A stretch of DNA of 64,000 nt, taken from positions 10,604 to 74,603 of the forward strand of contig NW_021833440.1 of NCBI RefSeq assembly GCF_006345805.1, written 5' to 3'. The stretch comes from Octopus sinensis (taxonomy: Eukaryota). This document shows positions 23,732 through 36,305 of this stretch, piece by piece. A model generated the notes under the pieces. The model made no database searches and was not told where the DNA came from. It saw nothing but the letters and a program-made list of their open reading frames with translations. Each line of letters starts with the position of its first letter. Position 1 is the stretch's first letter. A program made the translations under genes and the position numbers.

Positions 23732-24790
23732 AAAGAAAAATAGGAACTGAAAATGCAGTGCGAATAGTTAAAATATTTTTTATTAATATATTTGGAGCTT
23801 TAATCGGTTTCACAGTTTACATTGATTTTCAAAAACTTCAAATAAGAAGACGTGACTTATGTCGCAGCTGCCTTGCTTCTGTCTAGTGTTTGAAGCTTGC
23901 CCTGTTGTTATAGAGAGTTCATGGCTCAAATTAGTATATGTTTTGAATAGGATTTGATTGGTGGAGGATAGTCACATGACTGGTTTTAGAATTTTTTTGA
24001 AGGTTCCCCGCTACGTCCTGTTATTAGCATCAAGTTACAGTTTTTGGCGTCGTAAGTTAAGGCTGACACAGTTGACTGAACAAGTCCAAACAAGTAATAC
24101 TCTGAATGTCTTCTCTCAAGTGTTCGTAGAGAATGAACACATGATTAAATTTATTACCTTTTGTACGTTTGCCGCTACGTCCGTGTGTTAGTTTCACGTG
24201 ACAGTATATTTTGCGCCTAAAAAGAAGGCCAGTACGGTTGAGTGAACATGTTTAGCTAAAATCTGGTGGGAGAGTGAACAGGAGTCGTTTGTATGTAATC
24301 CAATGGCTAAAGTTTGGGTTATTAGCTGTGTAGCTTCCCCATGATAAGTGACAGAAAGAATTTTGTGTGTGAATAGTTATTTGTGTATGTAATCTGTTAA
24401 AGTTTGTTATGTCTTGGATTTATTTTTTGCACATATGTCTATGTGACGACTCAGTAGAATCTGTCTAGTACTGGGGTTTCGTATTTGTTGTCGGTGAATA
24501 GTCAGTCTATTTGTTAGAGTAAGCTTTGTTTGACCTATATACTCTTCATTACATCCTTGACATTTGATAGCGTATATTAGATTCCTTGAACAACATGTAA
24601 AGTGATTTTTTTACGGTAGAACTCTGTTCTAATTTGAATTTGTATGTTGTGTCTTCAGTAAGGTTGATGCAGGTCCCGCAATTAAGGCGGCCACATTTTT
24701 TTACTGTTAGTGTAGGAATTGTGGAAGGGAATTTAGCACTTGTGTGGAATTTTTTGAGGGACTTTCATTGTCTTTTACTTTAATGCCTTA
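23731..24790 (-). mobile_element. Neptune-like PLE 3' fragment (Cys linker + GIY-YIG + pLTR) ending at (TA)n
   Basis: Minus 24400-24770: KKCGRLNCGTCINL...(frameshift)HFTCCSRNLIYAIKCQGCNEEYIGQTKLTLTNRLTIHRQQIR. Confidence 0.8.
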
Positions 24791-25796
24791 ACAACTAAAT
24801 CATAGATGTGCTGTGCTTTCTCCATGCTACTTTTTCTGCTAGTGTAACGGCATTTGCTTATCTAAATTATCAGCTTCCACCTCTAAACCCCTTAATATGC
24901 TTGTATATTCTCACTTCATCACCCTTAACTTTGCATTATTTTCGAATTCAACAGATTAAAGAACAGAGTTATTGTATATTCATAATATTGTTGTTGTTTA
25001 GTGCATCTGGGTCAAACTTATTTTTTAAGACAGCATGATAGAGTTTGGAGATTTCGTTGCTAGTTTTTGCAGCTAGAGCGACCGTATATGAACTCCTTTC
25101 TCAGCTTACATTTCTACAGCGATTTTTTCATACAGGCATTGATTTACAGAGGTTTAAAATAAATGACAACTGAAATAATTTTCACCAATCTAGATGAAAA
25201 TCTGCAACGGTAAAAACCTCCACTAATCTTCATCAGGCCATAAACATAAAATCCTGGAACAGCTTTGAAGGACCAGCGCTTCGCTTTGTTTTCTTAGCAT
25301 TAAGCAGATTAACGTTAGACCGTCCTTCGATAGTATACTAATATTTCATTGTACATCTCGCACACATACATGCACGCATACACACATATACGACGGGCTT
25401 CTTTCAGTTTCCGTCTACCAAATTCACTCACAAAGCATTGGTCGGTCCGGGGCTATGGTAGAAGACGCTTGCCCGAGATGAAAGGCAGTGAGAATGAACC
25501 CGAAACCACGTGGTTGCAAAACCAGCTTTTTAACCACACAGCCACGCTTGCGCCTATGATATTAGGATTTTTAAAATCTTGCTGTGTCTAGAAGAGGCGG
25601 TGCCAATGAGCCTTGCAGATCTTCCGGTGAGTTGGTGCCATTAATGTTTTCTTTAAACAATTGTGGGTCAACATCTCTCGGAAATACACAGGCAACGAAG
25701 TGATTCACAAAATCCAATTGTTTGGAATTAGAACTGGACATATTGGTTTGTACATATTCTGGGATATGTGGACTCAATAAGGGCATATATTCCACT

Positions 25797-26210
25797 GGTT
25801 GTGTGGTAAGTAGCTTGCTAACCAACCACATGGTTCCGGGTTCAGTCCCACTGCGTGGCATCTTGGGCAAGTGTCTTCTGCTATAGCCCCGGGCCGACCA
25901 ATGCCTTGTGAGTGGATTTGGTAGACGGAAACTGAAAGAAGCCCGTCGTATATATGTATATATATATATATGTATGTAAGTGTATGTGTGTTTGTGTGTC
26001 TGTGTTTGTCCCCCTAGCATTGCTTGACAACCGATGCTGGTGTGTTTACGTCCCCGTCACTTAGCGGTTCGGCAAAAAAGAGACCGATAGAATAAGTACT
26101 GGGCTTACAAAAGAATAAGTCCCGGGGTCGATTTGCTCGACTAAAGGCGGTGCTCCAGCATGGCCGCAGTCAAATGACTGAAACAAGCAAAAGAGTAAAA
26201 GAGTAAAGAG
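25797..26210 (+). mobile_element. SINE family B, full length
   Basis: ggttgtgtggtaag...gggttcagtccc...gaaacaagcaaaagagtaaaagag. Confidence 0.9.
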
Positions 26211-26454
26211 AATATAAAACAAGAACAGTCAGAACTGTTCTTATTTTCAGTGAATCCAGTACCAACTCCTCTTCAAATGCTAAATAATGTTTTACTGTAG
26301 TGTACTCTTGTAGATAAGTTTCATCTATTTAACACGTTGTAATTGGCAATGGCTAGAAATGAAAAACATCGAAAAGTGCAGATATAATCCATGAATAAAG
26401 CTGTAAGTCTACGATATACTAATGTGACTGTATTGTTCGATAAATAGGTTGATT

Positions 26455-26674
26455 ACTCTTTTACTCTTTTACTTGTTTCAGTCATTTGACTGCGGCCATG
26501 CTGGAGCACCGCCTCTAGTCGAGCAAATCGACCCCGAGACTTATTCTTTGTAAGCCCAGTACTTATTCTATCGGTCTCCTTTTTTGGCCGAACCGCTAAG
26601 TGACAGGGACGTAAACACACCAGCATCGGTTGTCAAGCAATGCTAGGGGGACAAACACAGACACACAAACACAT

Positions 26675-26759
<85 letters not shown>

Positions 26760-26918
26760 TACGATAGGCTTCTTTGAGTTTCTGTCTACCAAATCCACTC
26801 ACAAGGCATTGGTCGACCCGGGGCCACAGCAGAAGACACTTGCCCAAGATGCCACGCAGTGGGACTGAACCCGGAACCATGTGGTTGGTTAGCAAGCTAC
26901 TTATCACACAGCCACTCC
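26455..26918 (-). mobile_element. SINE family B, full length, long internal (TA)n
   Basis: Close reverse complement of 25797-26210. Confidence 0.9.
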
Positions 26919-29662
26919 TGCGCCTATAGCCACTCCTGCGCCTATTGACTAATAATAAAGTTAATATCATTGACGTTAGAGAGAAGACATTGAACCAAAA
27001 GAGTAACTTAAAAAGATTGTGAATAGAAAATGAAAAATATCACGTATATAAATTTAAATAGAGAAATATATATATGTAAATCAGGAAATTGTCGATTTTT
27101 CATTCTCCTCAGTTCTAACAAATAGATATGCAAATGATATTTAAAAAAAAATGCGTGATGTCAATGAAACAAGAAGATGAAAAAAATAAAAGATGGATTC
27201 CGTCACCGAATGACGTAGGTGTGATGTCTGCAGTGAAATAAGAAATAATAGACACTTATTATTAAAAAAGACAATTAAAGCTATTGAAGACAGCTGATTA
27301 CACAAATACTAAAGCAGCGATGTAGCATCAACTCAACCATTGGTTGCAAAACTTATAGAAATGTTTTGATGGATGCGTTTGTAATCTGAGCGGTGAGTAT
27401 ATCTCGCCGCTTGGTTAAAATACTTGCCTGGTCCACGAGTTCCTTTAGCAAATTCGTTCTACTCCACTCGTTCGGACCAGGCTCGCGGTAGGTAGCTTCC
27501 AAGATCTCTCGACGCACTTTTATACTTTTATACTTTTATACTTCCCAAGATGTCAGAAATTGGAACTAAACCCGCTGCTCAAACCTTCACTCATTTTTCG
27601 AAAATCTACAGCTTCCGGTGTCCACCCTAGATCTAATTCACCAACTCTTACTAAGACGCGACCAACATCTCACCAATTCTTTTCTGAGACATAAATCTCT
27701 CAACTCCAATCTACAAACCCGTCCCTGCAATCCAAGCTACACTCTTTACTTAAACTTCACTCCAAAGAGTGATGTCTGCACATTCATAGACTCCACTTTC
27801 CCCGATACTTACATCTCTCGTTTTCTTTTTCTTTCTTTTTTATTTTTTTACTTGTTTCAGACATTAGACTGCGGCCAGGTCTGGACTTACAGACACTCTG
27901 TCTCCTCTTTGTGAATTTTCTACCGCTACCACAATGGTCTATGCTCCTAGGAACTAGATGATTTCGTGTCACCTCTATTCTCGACTCACACGCTGTGAAG
28001 GAGCGTGGCTTAGTGGTTAGGGTATTCTGTTCACGGTCATGTAGTCATGAGTTCGATTCCCGGCGGCGCGTTGTGTCCTTGGGCAAGACACTTTATTTCA
28101 CGTTGCTCCAATCCAGTCAGCTAGCAGAAATGAGTTGTACCTGTAATTCAAATGACCACCCAGCTCACATTCTGTGTGACGCTGAACCACCCTGAGAACT
28201 ACTTCCGGGATAGGCGTGTCTGTGGAGTGTTCAGCCACTTGCACATTAATTTCACGAGCAGGCTGTCCCGTGGATAGGATCAACTAGAACCCTCATCGTC
28301 ATAGCCGGCAGGGAGCCAGGTGACTCATTCGCTTCTCCTTCTCCCTTCTCCCATGTTGTGTTCAATCTTCTCCCTTCTCACCACTAACCCCTAAGCCAAA
28401 TCCTTCCTTCTTAGATCGTCGGTCTACTGTAACTTCCTTTCTTGCGGTGGTTAATTTGCCACTCCAGACTCCCTTGTTACTCCGACCAATGAAGGTCTGT
28501 AGAAAACGACCATCACTCTATGGCCCCCTGTGAACAAGGTCACAGTTGAAGATCTCCAATAGTATCCTCTACCTGTCCCTTTCATCTCTTCCCCTATCGC
28601 AACTGGACTGATGAAGAAAGTGTGATGATGGGGATGCTGGTATCTAGATTTGCTGAACAAACATTACGATGAATATTATTATGGTGGACACGTATCATTG
28701 TAGTGTGCAGAGCCTGTCCCACTCTTTTGTCTGTCAAACTTGTATTGGTTTGGTGCAACATTTGCCACGAGCCCAGTGGTTACCAGGATGCAAGGTTTGT
28801 AAAGATTTACCTTCTCTTGGATGAGAAGCTAAAGAGCTGAAGGGCTCCGTCTGCTTTTGATTCGTTTAGGTGTCTGTCAGTGACCATCTTCTAGAAGCAA
28901 TTCCATGACATGCTGGTTAACTCGTAGATGGGGCCCTGGATGGTGCTACTACGACGGGTCAGATTAGAACTAGGAACAATAAGATTAGAACCAGAACTTG
29001 GAACAATAGTGACTAAGAAGTGGTTTCTCACCCTTCAAAACCTTGGCATTCCACCACCAGGGCTCCACTGCTGGATGCGGTGTAATATCATTCCTGAGTA
29101 TGACAGTCCAAACTGCTGGTTCTCAATCTTTTATGTTCAGGGCAGATTCAAAACCTGGACTTTTTTAGGGTGCTGCGCCAACAAAAGTAAAACACAAGCC
29201 ATTTAAAGAAAAAAATATAGTATTTATAAAGGGAAGACCGTCGAGGGCCGACAAAAGAATGCTTGAGGGTCACTTGCGTCCCTGGGAGCCGTGGTTGAGA
29301 ACTGATGATCTAAGCGTTTCGTTAACGGCATCAGTTCTACTAATCTTGTCGGAGCTGCTTCTGCGAAGTACACGAACACTGTCCATTCCTCCAAATATAT
29401 AGCAAAAAAAAAAAAAGAATGAAAATATTTTCCATCATTTGATAAAGTAGGTATGACATCGCTGTTGAAATGTTAAACAATAAAGTTTTCTTTTATTTCA
29501 AAGACAAAAAAACAATACAATACAAAACAAAGATACTATTGTTACTCGACTCCTACTCATCCGGTGGTTGAAAAAAGTCATAGAGATGCTTTTGGTAGAT
29601 GCTTTGTATGATAGCTTCTCTTTTATCATCTGAAGATTGCGAGTACATTTACCCAGTTGTTG

Positions 29663-29744
<82 letters not shown>

Positions 29745-29747
<3 letters not shown>

Positions 29748-30090
29748 GTATGGTGGACGCATCTGAAAGGTCTAGAGACAAACATTTTCCACTCTGGTCA
29801 ATCTCTCATCAACTTCTTCAAGTATCACTTGAAGAGGAAGGTGAAAGTAGAGAGGGAAGGTTTGTTTAGTGAATGTTTCAAAAAAAGATGGGTGAATGTA
29901 GCAATGATGGCACGCGTGAATGACGAAGCCAGCTTGAGCATAATCCTATGAACCAACAAAAAAAAAAAAAACGAAAGGAAAAAAGAGAGCCACTTAGTGT
30001 AATGTGTTTTCTTTTTGCATGACACTATTGCCCAAGGTTCCCGTGGTCTTTTCCGTAGGCTTTTCTATCCACGGACAAACCTAATCTGTT
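29745..30090 (+). mobile_element. Tx1/L1-like LINE 3' end
   Basis: Homologous to 35710-36050 (WWT..KGLET...LINFFKY.LKRKV...FKKRWVNVA) and shares the 3' UTR gtggtcttttccgtaggc. Confidence 0.7.
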
Positions 30091-30273
30091 TTCCCTTTTT
30101 ACATTAACATTTCTGTGATACACCATCCCTATTGATCGTCCCCACTTTTTTTTCCACGATCCGTTTTGATCGGAATTCGACCCACTTTGTTTTCCTTCTC
30201 ATCTTCCCCAAAAGAAAAGCTCTACTTTATATTTTGTCCCTTCTGTGTTCAGCCCTGCGTGGCCAATAAAGAA

Positions 30274-30312
<39 letters not shown>

Positions 30313-30371
30313 CATCTATCTGTCTGTCTGTCTGTCTGTCTGTCTGTCCCTCTCTCCCTTTCATTCTTTAA

Positions 30372-30590
30372 CCCTTTAGTCTTTAAACCGGCCATATCTG
30401 GCCCAGATATTCTACTTGTCTTATATTCAAACTGGCAATATCTGGCCTCTCACACCTACCCGTCAATGTCATTCTAAATATAAACAATGACATCATTGAA
30501 ACCTCAAAGATATAAGATAATGCATGATTAATTCAAAACATTTGAGTGGAAAAGTATTACATTTAACCGAGTAATCTGAACACTAAAGGG
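30372..30590. mobile_element. piggyBac-type MITE
   Basis: TTAA|ccctttag ... ctaaaggg|TTAA (TSDs at 30368-30371 and 30591-30594). Confidence 0.85.
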
Positions 30591-31080
30591 TTAAATGAAA
30601 CTATAGACAAGGGGTAAATAGCATTGCATCAAAGTCTGGTAAAGGGAAATAATTCAAAGAAACCAATGGCATTGAAGAAGGTAAATGACGTAAGGGCAAA
30701 CGTACTCAATTTAGTGCTAGCATACGTCTTTCCCCACCGCAGAAAAGATCTTAATGAATTTAAATTTCTTTTTTAGTGAGAAGAGTAAAACAAAAGCCGT
30801 TATTATCAACCGCGATGCAAACAAAAACCAGGTTTTCCTTTATATATGACAATTAATATCGTATTTGAGCTTTCATTCATGCGATATTCCCTTCTACCCT
30901 GCTACCTTCCAACTATTAGAATAATAAACATTTTTTTCTCTCTTTTGATGGTAGCATAGAAGTAATAATTTATAGCTCAGTGTAAAGAATGGGGGTGAAC
31001 GCTCGAATCCACTTAGAGTTCAGTATTCTGTGCTGTATTTATAGTGTCCGATTTGGACACAAACTCAATTTAAATAAATT

Positions 31081-31379
31081 TAGCACGCCGGGCGAAATGC
31101 TTAGCGGTTTTCGTCTGCCGTTACGTTGTGAGTTCAAATTCCGTCGAGGTCGACTTTGCCTTTCATCCTTTCGGGGTCGATAAATTAAGTAGCAGTTACG
31201 CACTGGGGTCGATGTAATCGACTTAATACCTATGTCTGTCCTTGTTTGTCCCCTCTGTGTTTAGCCCCTTGTGGGTAATAAAGAAATAGGTATTTCGTCT
31301 GCCGTTACTTCTGAGTTCAAATTCCGCTGAAGTCGACTTTGCCTTTCATCCTTTCGGGGTCGATAAATTTAGTACCAGT
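31081..31379 (+). mobile_element. SINE A dimer, both ends truncated
   Basis: Junction gaaata|ggtatttcgtc at 31289. Confidence 0.85.
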
Positions 31380-32568
31380 AACTGGTACTTACTTCGTGAA
31401 GTGGCTTTGGTATTCAGCTCACGATCTTACAGTCCTGAGTTCGATATCTGACGGCGCGTTTCACGTTACTCCAATCCACCCAGCTAGCAAAAAATGGGTA
31501 GAGCCTGTAATTCTAAAAAGCCCGGCTTTGTCACATTCCGTGCCACGCTGAATCTCCTTGGGAACTATGTTAAAGTTACACTTTAACGATTTTGCCAGAG
31601 CACTAGCTGCATGTTAATAAATGAATAAATAAAAAGCGAGTAATGTTACCTTCTCGAGTCATAACGACTCATAAGGGCCGGTTTCCCGGTGTATAAATTC
31701 CCCACCTGGACGGGACGCTGGTCCCTCACAGGTTTACTCCTTTTTCTTTTTGCCAGCTGAGTGGACTACAGTAACGGGAAATGAAGTGTTTTGCTCAAGA
31801 ACACAACGCGTCGCCCAATCCAGTATTTCGTACGGATTTATGTTCTGAGTTCAAACTCTGCCAAGGTCGACTTTACCTTTTATCCTTTCAGAGTCGATAA
31901 AGTAAGTACCAGTTCAGCACTGGGGTCGATGAATTCAACTTACACCTCCACCGAAATTGCTGGCCTTGTCAAAATGTGGAATTATTATTTAAAAATTTGT
32001 TAACAACAGGTAAGGTTTTACTTGGTAAATATGAAACTAACAGATGTTGTATTGTAGAATTATGCTACCACGTAGCTAGGCTCCGTTTCTGCCAACAACC
32101 AAATTATATTTATAATCGGAATTGGTGAGGAACATTTTTGTATTTTTAATTCCTAATTCAGAACGAAGTCTGGCCCTTTCTTTTCATGTAGAGTTGCGTG
32201 GCTTAGTGGTTAAGATATTGGACTCGTCAATCGAAAGATTGAGGTTTCGATTACTGGACCGGGCGACGCGTTATGTTCTTGAGCAAAACACTTCATTTCG
32301 CGTTACTGTAGTCCACTCAGCTAGCAAAAAGAAAAAGGAGTAAACCTGTGAGGGACCAGCGTCCCGTCCAGGTGGGGAATTTATACGCCGGGAAACCGTC
32401 CCTTATGAGTCGTTATGAGTCGAGAAGGTAACTTTACTCCTTTTTATTTATTTATTTATTTATTAACAAGTGCTCTGGTAAAATCGTTAAAGTGTACCTT
32501 TAACGTAGTTCCCAAGGAGATTCAGCGTAGTACGGAATGTAACAAAGCTGGGCTTTTTAGAATTACAA

Positions 32569-32843
32569 GTTTGTTCCTTCTCGAGCGACGACTGGCTCAC
32601 AGGGCCGCTTTCCCGGTTTTCTTGGCGTATAGGTTCCCCACCTGGACGGGACGCCGGTCCGTCACAGGTGAGCTGCAAGATGCAGGAGGAAAGAGTGAGA
32701 GAAAGTTGTGGCGAAAGTTCGCCATTACCTTCTGCCGGAGCCGTGTGGAGCTTAGGTGTTTTCGAGCATAAACACACACATCGCCCGGTCTGAGATTCGA
32801 ACCCGCGAGTCCGCTGCTCTAACCACTAGGCCACATGCCTTCA
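32569..32843 (-). mobile_element. SINE family E
   Basis: Head ggcatgtggcctagtggttagagcagcgg...gggttcgaatctc; shares the cggcgtcccgtccaggtgggga module with family C. Other copies at 58745-59043(-) and 44048-44200(+). Confidence 0.85.
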
Positions 32844-33061
32844 CAGATTTACAGGTACTACCCATTTTTTCCTAGCTGGGTGGACTGGAGTAACGTGAAA
32901 CGCGCCGTCAGATATCGAACTCAGGACTGTAAGATCGTGAGCTGAATTCCAAAACCACTTCATAAAGTAAGTACCAGTTGAGCAGTGGTATTATTGTAAT
33001 CGATTAATCGCTCTCCCCTAATAATTTTCTGCCTTAATGCTAAAATCTGAAACGAATCTCC

Positions 33062-33420
33062 AGCCCCTCCCTTCGATGCTTCTACAATGACGCTTAAGGT
33101 GGTTCAGTCATGCGGCCCGGCGTCCAGAAGGTGAGCTGATTCGCGATGTCCTCCTCCCACCTCTACTTCCCAGCTGGCGCAAACGCACGGGCGGGCAGCT
33201 GAAGACCTGGGCAACGACGATAAAGGAGGACCTCTCTGAACTCTCAGGTTCGCTGGTGGTCGGTCTGTGTAGATGGAACCGCGAATGGCTCGCTATCTCC
33301 AGTAACCTCGCACAGGACCGTCGAGCGTGAGCCGCCATGGTTCGTGATGCCGTCAGGACCAGAGAAGAAGACGGCTCAACCCGCCCTGAGTGAACTCCGA
33401 CACAAGTACAAGTAAGTAAA
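33062..33420 (+). mobile_element. RTE LINE 3' end
   Basis: LRWFSHAARRPEGELIRDVLLP...GGQLKTWATTIKEDL...LAQDRRA; tail caagtacaagtaagtaa. Confidence 0.85.
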
Positions 33421-34353
33421 ATATGAAACCATTAATAGTAATTTGTTTATCATTTACGTTTCGTGTCATTTCTTCTCTTCAGCAGTGAAATGGTTAATTT
33501 TTACTTCTTTGAGTATGTTTGGCAATAGAAGCAACTATGTTTGTATTAAAGTAGGGTAATTAGGTTTTTTTAAAAAAATTAAGTTCCACGAATTATCTCC
33601 CCCTTTGTTTGTTACTTTGGATTGCTGCTAGGTGTTTGTTTTCTTTCTCAATGGAATTCTAATTAAGATTTTCTATTTACTTGCGTCTTTCACTACGTTA
33701 AAACCCAAAAGATTCAAGCAAAATTTCTGTAGGTAATTCTTTTAGCTTGACCCTAGGTCAGTCTTGACTGAATAAAGCCTTATGATTAAAAACATTCCAA
33801 CCGTAACCATATCGCCTTTCTACGGCTATCTAGGACTACATTTACTAGTGTGTTCTTTGCGTAAGACGATGAGGGAGGGTATGACTTGAGGCAGTGGCCG
33901 CTACTATTTCTAGTAGTTCGAAGCTATCATATTGGGGTTCGGTCGGTCATTGGCTCGTAGATACATGACTGTCGTTTGTGCATGTCATCAGTGGATTGCT
34001 TCAAACAATGTGCAACAACAGCAACAACAACAACAGCAGCAGCAACAACAACAACAACAATCCACTAAACGACCAACGTAAAATTGTGTCTGTCTTCCCA
34101 GTTTTTCCCCTTAAAAACAAAGTCCGTGTTAAGTCAAATGAAATAAATATTCTTAAACCGAAGCGATAATTTGAATAAATCGGCCATTTAAAATCGCGTG
34201 CATTTTCATTGATTCAATGGTCGTAAATGAGAAAACTCCCACACACGCACGCACGCACATACACCCACATACACACACACACACACACATACACACACAC
34301 GTACATATGGACGTAAGTACATATATACGTGCATACGTAGCTACGTGCATACA

Positions 34354-34389
<36 letters not shown>

Positions 34390-34962
34390 TACACCACACA
34401 CACACATATACATATATATATTTATACACGTGCATACACATATTTTGTACGTACATGCATATGTACGCATGTGTTTGTGTTCGTACATCTGTGTGTGTGT
34501 GTGTGGTGTGTACGTCTGTGTACGTCTGTGCGAGTGGTGTGTACGCCAATATGTGTGTCCAATGACCGATTTTGTTATACAACTCCGGCACCCCCTTAAG
34601 GGCCTTTTGTCCTTCATGTCCTTTTTTTTTTTTGTGATTTCAGATAAAACTCCCGAGTCTCCTTTCGTTCATTGATCCACCTCGAGACATAAAAAAATCA
34701 ACAAACAATGAAATAGACACAATAGCAACAAAAAGGAATAGCTGTGTGGTAAGAAGCTTGCTTCCCAACCGCATGGATCTGGGTTCAGTCCCACTGCGTG
34801 GAACCTTGGGCAAATGTCTTCTGCCCGGGCCGACCAAAGTTTTGTGAGTCGAATTAAGTAGACGGAGACTGAAAGAAGCCCGTTGTATATATGTATATAT
34901 ACAGATGTAAACAAATATTTTTTATTGGAACCGTCGAAATGTGTATTGTACAATACAAATAC

Positions 34963-35379
34963 GATGATATTGTTTTGGATGCAGAGTTGCCGTTAGAACA
35001 ACAGAAATATTGGGTAAATTATCATTAAAAGGCGGAAAAAACTTGTCAACAATCAGCCATAGGACTCGAACACATCCCTCAAACACTCAGGCTGAGTGAT
35101 TTACCATTAAGCTAAACTGCTCGCTGACAAATTCATCCGCTGAATTGGAAGCTATATATTTTAGCTTTATAGAACAACCATGTATATAGCATCTAATTCG
35201 GTAGATGAATTTCACAGTAGGCAGTTTAGCTTAATGCTAAAGCACTCAGCTGAAGTGTGAGTGGGATATGGGTTCGAGTCCCATGACTGGTTGTTGACAA
35301 ATTTTTCCGCCTTTTAAGGGTAATTTTCCCAGTATTTCTGCTGTTCTAACGGTAACTCTGCGTTCTAAAAAATATCATC
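34963..35379. mobile_element. Foldback/MITE with arms of about 195 bp containing tRNA-like sequence
   Basis: Arms 34963-35158 and 35183-35379, roughly 80% identical by eye, 24-nt loop. Confidence 0.8.
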
Positions 35380-35410
35380 TTATTTATATCGTGTCTATCT
35401 ATCTATCTAT

Positions 35411-35926
35411 ATGGACAATCACCAAAGAACAGGTAATGCTATCGAGAAGCATTACCTGTTCGGGATAAGCTCTACAGCCACGGTTCGAGGCACACCGGAC
35501 CGACTTACCCGAGATGCGGTCAGAGCGACGAAACCGTTCTGCACGCACTCGTGCAGTGTCCAACCATTTCGGACCTGTGGGCTTATGCCAAACGGCCGAC
35601 AGGCGAGTCCGCCTGTCGGCCGAGTCTGTCGTGAAATTTGCTCCGCCATCTTTCCTCAACCGGGAAGGCAAGGTAGTCTTCATCGTACTGGTGGCCATGG
35701 TGAAAGAATGTGTGTGGTGGACTCGAGCGAAAGGGTTAGAGACAGACACTTACCTCTCTGACGAATCGCTTATCAACTTTTTCAAGTACAACTTGAAAAG
35801 GTAGGTGAGAATGGAAAGCCAGGTTTTGTCTCGTGAAAGTTTCAAAAAAAGGTGGGTGAATGTAGCAAAGGTGGGTGAATGTAGCGTGCGAGTGACGAAA
35901 CCACTTTGAGCATGATCCTGTAAATC

Positions 35927-35967
<41 letters not shown>

Positions 35968-36055
35968 ACTTTGCTCTCATGTGTTTATTCCCTCCCTGTC
36001 TGAGGTTACAGTGGTCTTTTCCGTAGGCTTTTCTTTCCACGGATAAAACTAATCT
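35411..36055 (+). mobile_element. Tx1/L1-like LINE 3' fragment with CCHC knuckle
   Basis: CYREALPVRDKLYSHG...YPRCGQSDETVLHALVQCP, then VKECVWWTRAKGLET. Confidence 0.85.
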
Positions 36056-36169
36056 TGCCTTTTAGTGGCTATTTAAGCAATGATTAATGCGTTGAATGGG
36101 TGCTGTTGAAGGAGAAAAACTCCCGACATATGGCATATATGCCCGTTATCCATTTTACATCCTATCTAT

Positions 36170-36305
36170 GTGTTTATGTGCGTGTGTTTGTGTCTGTGTC
36201 TGTGGGGCTTTAAGTGTTTTCGCTCAATAAACACTCACAACGTCCGGTCGGGGAATCGAAACCGCGAGACCGCTGCCCTAACCACTGGGCCATTGCGCCT
36301 CCAAC
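36170..36305 (-). mobile_element. SINE family G head fragment
   Basis: Reverse complement ggaggcgcaatggcccagtggttagggcagcgg...gtttcgattcc; similar copy at 59400-59525. Confidence 0.7.

Noticed and set aside
23790-23900. Hammerhead in the Neptune-like pLTR (minus: agctt...acag/ctgt-GAAA-ccgat-ta-aagct)
   Set aside because: Stems I and II are plausible, but the CUGANGA box is replaced by caaacactag; at best a fossil.
28608-28625. ctgatga followed by gaaa
   Set aside because: No room for stem II and no stems I or III.
28330-29130. Cys-rich stretches (FVCQTC, WCNICHEP) as PHD or zinc-knuckle remnants
   Set aside because: Multiple stops and no complete motif spacing; left unclassified.
29298-29338. 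10-bp hairpin containing ctgatga
   Set aside because: The core is sequestered in a simple stem and no hammerhead topology forms.
35220-35291. Functional tRNA gene
   Set aside because: Mismatched acceptor and anticodon stems, the mirror copy differs in the loop, no T-run terminator; treated as a tRNA-like repeat. SINE heads elsewhere were rejected for the same reason.
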